Part shown: piece by piece, positions 58,007-64,000 of the stretch
Position numbering within the stretch: position 1 is the first letter of the stretch
Layout: each line of letters begins with the position of its first letter
Assembly (NCBI GenBank): GCA_045648285.1
Contig: JAZRNQ010000170.1
Coordinates: 1,450-65,449, forward strand
Reading direction: 5' to 3'
DNA: 64,000 nt
DNA from: Bacteroidales bacterium
Lineage (GTDB): Bacteria > Bacteroidota > Bacteroidia > Bacteroidales > F082
Notes under the pieces: generated by a model
The model's database searches: none
The model's input: only the letters and a program-made list of their open reading frames with translations
What the model was told of the DNA's origin: nothing
Program-made: the position numbers and the translations under genes

Positions 58007-58960
58007 TTAGAATGCTCCGTCGTATTCTCCTTTGTTATCTTCTTCTATAATGACACCTGTTGACGTATCTACTGCAGGTCCGAACGCTTCCTGCTTTGCT
58101 GGTGCCTGTGATTCCACTCCGCCGTATGGGTCAAATCCGTCTTGCTGTTCTTGCAATTCCGGCATCTCGGATTCAAGCATCATACCCTTGCCAATCTTCA
58201 GCTTAGGATAAGTCTTGAAAGCATGCTTGATACATTTGGCGATGAGGAAACCGGTATCTATCTGACCTTTATCTACTGTATATAAACTATTTGCGCCTCT
58301 TTTCACCATCTGACCGGTTTTGAAATCCTTATACATTCCATTATTTTTTTCAGAGTAATACTCAAGACGCTTCCAGTCAACCTCTGTCATGACCGCATAG
58401 TCAACGCTGCCGTCAGCTCTTGTTATTTTTATAAAGCATGCAATTATTTTGTTAGATGTTCTTGGGAACGCTGACATATAGTTGACCACCTTATGACCGT
58501 TCTGTTCTCCGAACTGGAATGTGTCGCCTTCATAGACAATGATAGGATTGTCGGCATGACGTATCTGTCCTGCTCTTGTTCTCAATACGAGTTCACCATA
58601 TGCGCTGATAGTAAGATTACATATTTTCTCATATATAACATTACCATTGCGATCTGTGCCGATGTTGTTGCTTTTTGCTAATAGGTAGCACAATGCCTGT
58701 GAGCCAGGAGCGAGTGTAAGACCCTTGACGGCAAGGTCGATGAAGCAGTAATAGACGGATATAGCTGTGCATTGCAGCAAATCTTTCTTGTCTCTAAGCT
58801 GCTGGTTGAAGTAGATGGCTTCACGTTCATAGACATGTTCGCCGCCTTCCTGCCATATAGAATTGTAAACACTGATAAATTGTTCTCTGACGAGTTCGTT
58901 TCTGACGACATCGCCTGCTGACATCTGTTTCAGCTCATTCATTAAGTTTGATGCGCTCAT
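58007..58960 (-). CDS. RecT-like single-strand annealing protein (putative)
   Basis: 317 aa. Called on context (nuclease partner, early operon), overall RecT-like length and an acidic C-terminal tail. No decisive motif. Confidence 0.45.
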   Translation of the reverse strand: MSASNLMNELKQMSAGDVVRNELVREQFISVYNSIWQEGGEHVYEREAIYFNQQLRDKKDLLQCTAISVYYCFIDLAVKGLTLAPGSQALCYLLAKSNNIGTDRNGNVIYEKICNLTISAYGELVLRTRAGQIRHADNPIIVYEGDTFQFGEQNGHKVVNYMSAFPRTSNKIIACFIKITRADGSVDYAVMTEVDWKRLEYYSEKNNGMYKDFKTGQMVKRGANSLYTVDKGQIDTGFLIAKCIKHAFKTYPKLKIGKGMMLESEMPELQEQQDGFDPYGGVESQAPAKQEAFGPAVDTSTGVIIEEDNKGEYDGAF

Positions 58961-58996
58961 AATAATTTGTTTTTAAATGTTAGTTAATCATTGTCT

Positions 58997-59123
58997 TGGG
59001 GTTCAGGGCAGAATCGAACCGCCTCCTTATGGTCTGCGTGAAAAAGTCATGAGTAATCAACAGAACAGAAATAAATCAATAAAAAAACCGCTTTCCATAT
59101 ATGCACCATTACACCTCAGAACC
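58997..59123 (-). ncRNA. tRNA-like element with canonical T-arm but a 62-nt insertion in place of the anticodon loop
   Basis: Minus strand: GGTTCTG-AG-GTGT-AATGGT-GCAT-A-TATGG-[62 nt]-CCATA-AGGA-GGCGG-TTCGATT-CTGCC-CTGAACC-CCA. The acceptor pairs 6/7, the D-loop has GG, the anticodon stem pairs 5/5, and the T-loop is near consensus. Position 8 is A, not U. Confidence 0.35.
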
Positions 59124-59132
59124 TGTTGTTTA

Positions 59133-59429
59133 TTATTGGTTGTTGTTAAAAGGCTTTTTACGTCTCACATACGCTTCCGCTTTCTCGTCTATCTCCTTAT
59201 TGCTCGCCTTCTTATTTTTAAGAAGCCAACTCTCTATCTCAGACTTCTTGAAATACAGCCTGCCATCTCTCGGCTTGTAGTGCGGTATCTGACGCTTCGA
59301 TGTCATATCATACAGCGTGCTTTTGGCAAGACCTGTGAACAATGCGCACTCTTCAATGTTGAGGACTTCTTTAGAACCTATCAGTATCATCTTCTCGATG
59401 CTGTCTAACTTTGCCATTATCTTGCTCAT
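59133..59429 (-). CDS. Excisionase-type HTH (HTH_17/MerR-like) DNA-binding protein
   Basis: VLNIEECALFTGLAKSTLYDMTSKRQIPHYKPRDGRLYFKKSEIESWL. Confidence 0.75.
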   Translation of the reverse strand: MSKIMAKLDSIEKMILIGSKEVLNIEECALFTGLAKSTLYDMTSKRQIPHYKPRDGRLYFKKSEIESWLLKNKKASNKEIDEKAEAYVRRKKPFNNNQ

Positions 59430-59646
59430 AAATTTCTTTCTTTATTCTGTTTTCATTATCATTAAATTCTTTGATTTCAGCCCATGATAAAAGAACTATC
59501 GATCCCAAGAGAGAAAGGAATGTAACGGCGAATGAAATTCCATTAATTCCTATCGTTCCTATTGCGATGTTCTTTATCACCAATACCAGCACACAGAGGT
59601 ATGCCATCAGGCAGAGAACAAATTGAAGACGCTTCCAGAATTTCAT
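59371..59646 (-). CDS. Small membrane protein
   Basis: ATG at 59646 (MKFWKRLQFVLCLMAYLCVLVLVI...). Two TM segments. Confidence 0.45.
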   Translation of the reverse strand: MKFWKRLQFVLCLMAYLCVLVLVIKNIAIGTIGINGISFAVTFLSLLGSIVLLSWAEIKEFNDNENRIKKEIYEQDNGKVRQHREDDTDRF

Positions 59647-59656
59647 AAACACCACC

Positions 59657-59842
59657 TTACTTTATTCTTGTTACTACCAGACATTGTCTTTCCCTGTCTC
59701 TTTTTCTCTTATACTTACGTCCGTACTTGAATTGTGTACGATCTATTATGTTCGATACGGAATCGTATGTTATGCTTGGGAACTCGATCTGCTCCCCAAC
59801 TTCCATCATCACGATTTGTTCTGTAAAATTGATTCTTGCCAT
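59657..59842 (-). CDS. Hypothetical small protein
   Basis: 61-aa ORF, co-directional. Confidence 0.4.
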   Translation of the reverse strand: MARINFTEQIVMMEVGEQIEFPSITYDSVSNIIDRTQFKYGRKYKRKRDRERQCLVVTRIK

Positions 59843-59860
59843 TTTTATGTTTTTTAATTA

Positions 59861-60115
59861 TTACTTGCACTCCTTTTTGGCGTGTTCTGCCGCATGTATC
59901 GAAGAGACTATCATCTCTCTTAACTCTTCGCTTTTAACCATACCCATTGACAATGCGGACAAGGCATTAATATTATTTCCCAATACAACCGTACCGCCGC
60001 CGGTGTCGTCACCAAAGAATATCATAAGTCCGTAATTCTTACCCAACGCTCTCTCCATCTGGTCATTGAAGATTTCAATTGTCCGTTCGATTCTTTCAAC
60101 TCTTTCGTCTTTCAT
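59861..60115 (-). CDS. Hypothetical small protein
   Basis: 84-aa ORF, co-directional. Confidence 0.45.
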   Translation of the reverse strand: MKDERVERIERTIEIFNDQMERALGKNYGLMIFFGDDTGGGTVVLGNNINALSALSMGMVKSEELREMIVSSIHAAEHAKKECK

Positions 60116-60126
60116 AGTGTTTTGTT

Positions 60127-60567
60127 TTATTTGTTAATCCATTTCTTGACTCTGTTAATGTATGTTGGAGGTATGTAATCCAACTTATAAGATCCATTCT
60201 CCAATTCACTTTTCTTCTGTCTAAGTTTCTCTATCCTTTCCGCATGAGATTTACTTACATTTCCGAAAAGATCGTCATTCACTATCGTATTCTCACTTTT
60301 CTTCAACTCACCTTTACAATGCTTTAAAAGGCCTTTCATTTTCTCTTTCACATAATCATCACCGCACCGAACATTTTGTGGACCTATTATCAATTCGACC
60401 TTATTCTTAGGATTAGAAACCTTTATACGAGCTGCCAAATATTCAAAATACCACTTCCATTTATCTATAAGCGGTACAGACATATTGTATCTGTAATACA
60501 CTGTTTCAAATGGATGAGCACCTTGATAGACTAGTATTTTTACCGCTATGCCGTTATTTTTTATCAT
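60127..60567 (-). CDS. Hypothetical phage protein
   Basis: 146-aa ORF, co-directional. Confidence 0.45.
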   Translation of the reverse strand: MIKNNGIAVKILVYQGAHPFETVYYRYNMSVPLIDKWKWYFEYLAARIKVSNPKNKVELIIGPQNVRCGDDYVKEKMKGLLKHCKGELKKSENTIVNDDLFGNVSKSHAERIEKLRQKKSELENGSYKLDYIPPTYINRVKKWINK

Positions 60568-60603
60568 AATTTTACTCGTTAGTTGCCATGGTCTTGATTT
60601 TAG

Positions 60604-60801
60604 TTATTGACGACTCATTTCAGCAGCTGTAACTGTGATTGAAAGCAATTCCATTTGCAATGCTATCTCACGACCTTCAAGATTTAATTCCGAAAGTTTT
60701 TTGCTATCATTATTGAGGATTCTTGCAGCTTTATGCACCAACATGCCTAACTCTTTCAATTCCTCTAATGACAATCTTGATAATTCTTCTCTGTTACTCA
60801 T
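60604..60801 (-). CDS. First gene of the leftward early operon (cro position), helical
   Basis: 65-aa ORF divergent from the repressor gene. No HTH recognised. Confidence 0.45.
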   Translation of the reverse strand: MSNREELSRLSLEELKELGMLVHKAARILNNDSKKLSELNLEGREIALQMELLSITVTAAEMSRQ

Positions 60802-60945
60802 GATTTCTAATGTTTTTCTTGTTTGTTTAATGTTTATTGTTTAACTTTGGACTGCAAAAGTAGTGTTTATTGAACATATATGCAAGTTTTTTGGACATTA
60901 TTTTTATAAAAAATTAAACTTTTTTGAACGTAAATTTATAAATCT
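60802..60945. promoter_or_regulatory. Divergent lysis/lysogeny switch region with overlapping candidate -7 boxes and repeated half-sites
   Basis: TAACTTTG (60842-60849, plus strand) and TACTTTTG (complement of 60855-62), both matching TAnnTTTG. TTTGGAC at 60846-52 and 60890-96. TTGAAC at 60870-75 and 60924-29. Confidence 0.35.
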
Positions 60946-61317
60946 ATGGATTTCAAGCTGTTAAACAAACTCGTAAACGAAAGTAAATTGAACAAAGCAC
61001 AGATTGCAGAAATGGCAAATATGTCAAGAACAACCCTTGACAACGCCTTAAATGGCGCTGACATCAAAGTTTCTACCATAGAGAACCTTGCTAAAGTACT
61101 TGGAGTTAGCGCAAGTATCTTCTTCGGTGGAGATAGTTCAATAAGCGAAGAAAACCTAAACATGTACGAAAGAGAAATCCAAAGACTGCAAAGTTTATTG
61201 GACAGTCAGAAAAAGTCCACTAAAGTTGTCGTTGAGCTTGATGTAACACAAGATGAATTTATAAAGATGGGACTAAAAGATAAGGTTATCCAGATATTGA
61301 ACAGAGAGGAGGATTGA
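60946..61317 (+). CDS. cI-like XRE-family HTH repressor (no S24 peptidase domain)
   Basis: LNKAQIAEMANMSRTTLDNALNGADIKVSTIENLAKVLGVSASIFFG, followed by a short helical C-terminal part. Confidence 0.7.
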   Translation: MDFKLLNKLVNESKLNKAQIAEMANMSRTTLDNALNGADIKVSTIENLAKVLGVSASIFFGGDSSISEENLNMYEREIQRLQSLLDSQKKSTKVVVELDVTQDEFIKMGLKDKVIQILNREED

Positions 61318-61319
61318 TA

Positions 61320-62063
61320 ATGGATACCATTGATGACGAAATTAAAAGAGTAAAAGAATTAGAAAATATATACAATTATAATGTAAATAAAAGTCACGCC
61401 AATTCACAAGAAAGCATAAGTTCTTACAATGAGTGGTATAGTGTCGCTTTAGTTTTGTTCAGAAAACACATCCATAGAGACGACCCGGATATGCAAATAT
61501 TCTCTAATGTTGACAATAGCGGTAATGGTAATACATTAAGAGATAATTACAAAAAGATATGTGCCATTTATAAAGTTATGATTGAACGTATCAAATCTTC
61601 TGATATAACAAAACCTATGAATAACAAAAATATATTTATTGTACACGGGCATGATAACGCCATTAAATTAGAGGTCGCTAGACTTATTGAAAAAATTGGA
61701 TATAAAGCAATTATTCTTCACGAACAACCCGATGCAGGAAGAACTATTATTGAGAAACTTGAAGAGAATATTTCGAATTCATGTTTTGGCATTGTGATTT
61801 ATACTGGATGCGACGAAGGTAGATGTAGTGGTGAAACAGAATTACGAAAAAGAGCTCGTCAAAATGTAGTGTTTGAACATGGCTATCTGCGAGCAAAATT
61901 AGGTCCCAATCGTATTTGCTCTTTATATGAAGAAAATGTTGAATTACCAACAGATTTAAGCGGAGTATTATATAAACCAATTGACAAAAATGGTGCATGG
62001 AAATACGAAGTTGCCAAGGAAATGAAAGCTGCAGGTCTTGAAGTTGATATGAACAATATATGA
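61320..62063 (+). CDS. TIR-like nucleotide-binding domain protein (COG4271 / CAP12-PycTIR-type domain) with an unknown N-terminal domain of about 105 aa
   Basis: NIFIVHGHDNAIKLEVARLIEKIGYKAIILHEQPDAGRTIIEKLEE...FGIVIYTGCDEG...RARQNVVFEHGYLRAKLGPNRICSLY..VELPTDLSGVLY..IDKNGAWKYEVAKEMKAAGLEVD. The ATG is 2 nt after the repressor stop, with GGAGGA upstream. Confidence 0.7.
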   Translation: MDTIDDEIKRVKELENIYNYNVNKSHANSQESISSYNEWYSVALVLFRKHIHRDDPDMQIFSNVDNSGNGNTLRDNYKKICAIYKVMIERIKSSDITKPMNNKNIFIVHGHDNAIKLEVARLIEKIGYKAIILHEQPDAGRTIIEKLEENISNSCFGIVIYTGCDEGRCSGETELRKRARQNVVFEHGYLRAKLGPNRICSLYEENVELPTDLSGVLYKPIDKNGAWKYEVAKEMKAAGLEVDMNNI

Positions 62064-62100
62064 AACTTGTGTTAACGGTTAAACTAATTGAAAAATAAGT

Positions 62101-62817
62101 ATGTGTAAAAATAAAAAGGGCATTTTTCCAATCATTCTTGGAATTATAAATTTTGCTTTATTAATTCCATTATTATGCATGCATTTCCCACGAATTATCG
62201 ATTCTAATTTAGGATTTGATTACATGGGTGTTATTGTTGGCGTTTTGTCTCTTCTTGTTACAGTTCTTGTCGGATGGAATATCTTCAATACTTTAGAATT
62301 CAAAAAGGAACTTGAACAGATTAAGCAACAATTAGAAGAAAAAGAGAAGACGTTAAAAGAACTAAAAGAAGAAATAGAGAAGACGTTAAAAGAACTAAAA
62401 GAAGAAAAAGAGAAGACGTTAAAAGAACTAAAAGAAGAAATAGATGACAATTTCAAGGAGTATTCATGTAAAGGATATGAAATATTAGCAGATATAAGCA
62501 AAGAGTTTATCATAACATCCGTACCAAATTTAAAAAATACCGGCAAAGAATTAAGCTTATTCAATATAATAAGACATATTGTTAATACAATATGTTTTTA
62601 CGAACAAGCAGGAAAATACAAAGATGCTGATGATTATATCGATTTAATGGTTGATATTATTCCTAAAACAAAATACGATGCACTTTTGCCAAAATACAAA
62701 AACGAGATTATGAATAAGATAAAAACCATTTCTAACCCTAATAAGTTAGAAAAATACATAAAACTATCCGCTTATGTATTTACAGAAGATAAAAAACCAA
62801 GCACTCATGAGCAATGA
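62101..62817 (+). CDS. 2-TM protein with repeat-encoded coiled coil and helical C-terminal domain
   Basis: The N-terminus has two hydrophobic helices (IFPIILGIINFALLIPLL, GVIVGVLSLLVTVLVGW), followed by 3.3 copies of EEKEKTLKELK. Confidence 0.55.
   Translation: MCKNKKGIFPIILGIINFALLIPLLCMHFPRIIDSNLGFDYMGVIVGVLSLLVTVLVGWNIFNTLEFKKELEQIKQQLEEKEKTLKELKEEIEKTLKELKEEKEKTLKELKEEIDDNFKEYSCKGYEILADISKEFIITSVPNLKNTGKELSLFNIIRHIVNTICFYEQAGKYKDADDYIDLMVDIIPKTKYDALLPKYKNEIMNKIKTISNPNKLEKYIKLSAYVFTEDKKPSTHEQ
62335..62444 (+). repeat. 33-bp tandem repeat, 3.3 copies, in frame within the 2-TM protein gene
   Basis: gaagaaa(a/t)agagaagacgttaaaagaactaaaa at 62335, 62368 and 62401, plus a partial copy at 62434. 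Confidence 0.9.
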
Positions 62818-63377
62818 CACCCCTCAAAGAAAACTTAAAAAAATCCAGGTTCAGCCTAATTGCTTTGCTTGTTTCACTAACATTTACAGCAACTGCATTT
62901 GCAAGTACATATGTATGGGATATAGAATACGGATATCCCTGTAGTATCTTTATGGCCTCTGGAGCCATATTATTGCTTATAGCATATATCATCGATAAAG
63001 AATGTATAATTAACTCTCGTCTTCCATTTATCCAAAGCTGCAATAATAAAGTTCCAAAATTAAGCAGTACTGGCGGTATCGGTACACAGTTCGTTGAACC
63101 TGACAATCTGAGAAGATACAAAGAAGATGGCACCCAGTATAAAGTCAGATACGCATTTTTTGAATTTTTCGGATTGCCAATATTTCCACTTGGGTGTTTT
63201 GCTACCGAACAAACATTTTTCAACATGAGATACAAAACAACAACAACATATTACACGATATACGGAAAACAAAAACAATACGCTTGCGAATTGGCTTATA
63301 TTTATTTGAGAGGTTGGGGTATTGGAATTTTTATAATCGGCATTATAGTTTCACTTATCAACTTTTCTGCGAACTAA
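62814..63377 (+). CDS. Multi-pass membrane protein
   Basis: 187 aa with 3-4 hydrophobic segments. ATGA overlap with the previous gene. Confidence 0.5.
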   Translation: MTPLKENLKKSRFSLIALLVSLTFTATAFASTYVWDIEYGYPCSIFMASGAILLLIAYIIDKECIINSRLPFIQSCNNKVPKLSSTGGIGTQFVEPDNLRRYKEDGTQYKVRYAFFEFFGLPIFPLGCFATEQTFFNMRYKTTTTYYTIYGKQKQYACELAYIYLRGWGIGIFIIGIIVSLINFSAN

Positions 63378-63436
63378 CGCCCTACCCTTCCTCATACCTA
63401 TTCCACCAAAGATAAAAATTTAAAAAGAAAAGAAAT

Positions 63437-63874
63437 ATGGAACTAAAAGACTTTGTGAAAAACGTGATAAAGGATATAACGACGGCGATAGAGGAATGCC
63501 AAGACGAATTATCACCCAAAGCGTCGGTCGTGCCATTCTTGGGAAGCAAAGACCAGAATCCTAACGTTATAAGAACAGTATTAGGATATGCTCAGATTAA
63601 CAACATCGACTTCGACATCGCACTTACAACAGAGACACAGGAACAGACATCATCAGGCATATCTGCAGGAATACGGGTATTCGACATCATGAGACTTGGA
63701 GGCGAGAATAAAGATATGAATCAGAACATAGCCCAATGCGTATCAAGAGTAAAATTTACGATTCCTGTTGTCTATCCCCATTCGGAAGTGTCGATTCAGG
63801 CGACTTTGGCGCAAAACAAACCGCAACGCCCCACATACGGAGAAGAGACGAATCAGAACCAGTCCTCCTTATAA
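63437..63874 (+). CDS. Trypco2-like small protein (putative)
   Basis: An N-terminal helix (MELKDFVKNVIKDITTAIEECQDE), then beta-rich INNIDFDIALTTE...GIRVFDIMRLGGENK...VSRVKFTIPV. This resembles the trypsin-co-occurring domain 2 pattern as I recall it. Confidence 0.35.
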   Translation: MELKDFVKNVIKDITTAIEECQDELSPKASVVPFLGSKDQNPNVIRTVLGYAQINNIDFDIALTTETQEQTSSGISAGIRVFDIMRLGGENKDMNQNIAQCVSRVKFTIPVVYPHSEVSIQATLAQNKPQRPTYGEETNQNQSSL

Positions 63875-64000
63875 GGCACCCCTTGGGTCAGATAGTTGTA
63901 AATGGTTTGGGCTTCAATACAGGATTCAAGACTTTCATCAGCTTTGCAGTTATCAAAATGCTTAGCGACAAATTTAAGACACCATCTGCGGAGCAGGAAT
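63853..64000 (-). CDS. C-terminal fragment of a leftward gene entering from beyond the window
   Basis: The open frame reads ...FLLRRWCLKFVAKHFDNCKADESLESCIEAQTIYNYLTQGVPYKEDWF*. Convergent 22-nt overlap with the previous gene. Confidence 0.3.
   Translation of the reverse strand, partial: FLLRRWCLKFVAKHFDNCKADESLESCIEAQTIYNYLTQGVPYKEDWF

Larger units (their letters stand above)
6847..64000. mobile_element. Integrated temperate phage (prophage); left edge between mnmE and int, right edge not identified within the window
   Basis: Contiguous integrase, virion, packaging, lysis, replication/recombination and repressor modules begin directly after mnmE. No host-type housekeeping gene is recognisable after 6846. 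I could not find an attL/attR direct repeat by eye. Confidence 0.8.

Noticed and set aside
58977-59408. 143-aa plus-strand ORF spanning the recT/xis intergenic region
   Set aside because: It runs antisense through the well-supported excisionase-type HTH gene and across the tRNA-like element. It has odd composition and no coupling to its neighbours.
62335-62444. Regular 33-bp repeats as a possible CRISPR array
   Set aside because: The copies are contiguous with no spacers, in frame within a long ORF, and encode a coiled-coil hendecad repeat.

Overview
The window is low-GC Bacteroidales-type chromosome. It holds about 6.8 kb of host genes: an AddB-like nuclease, an EEP-family nuclease/phosphatase, a thioredoxin-fold protein and mnmE. 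From about 6.9 kb to the window end (over 57 kb) there is an integrated temperate phage whose right boundary I did not find. All family calls come from motifs read by eye and recalled from memory; no searches were run.

The prophage modules run left to right as follows:
- A tyrosine integrase broken by a +1 frameshift in an A8 run, followed by a 0.5-kb iteron-like non-coding region.
- Two small virion-type genes and a single 15.4-kb ORF (5147 aa).
- Portal, a leftward terminase operon that contains a compact rhomboid protease, scaffold, major capsid protein, a 1001-aa tail fibre with an SGNH/DUF4886-type esterase domain, and a lysis cassette.
- A long leftward early operon. It carries a 1018-aa repeat protein, YopX, three orphan DNA methyltransferases, a DnaC-like loader, a DUF4373-like replication protein, VRR-NUC, HU, an SNF2 helicase, a PD-(D/E)XK nuclease, a RecT-like protein and an excisionase-type HTH.
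- A divergent switch region and a rightward lysogeny operon: a cI-like HTH, a TIR-like (COG4271-type) protein, two membrane proteins and a trypco2-like protein.

The 5147-aa ORF reads as a polyvalent multi-effector protein. I could recognise ParB-like, kinase-like, pyrophosphatase-like, zincin, PRTase and JAB/RadC motifs, plus a C-terminal TM segment.

The items most worth a second look are:
- the giant polyvalent protein;
- the repressor-coupled TIR-like/2TM module, a candidate new defence or exclusion system;
- the rhomboid protease inside the packaging operon;
- an interrupted tRNA-like element between the xis-like and recT-like genes.
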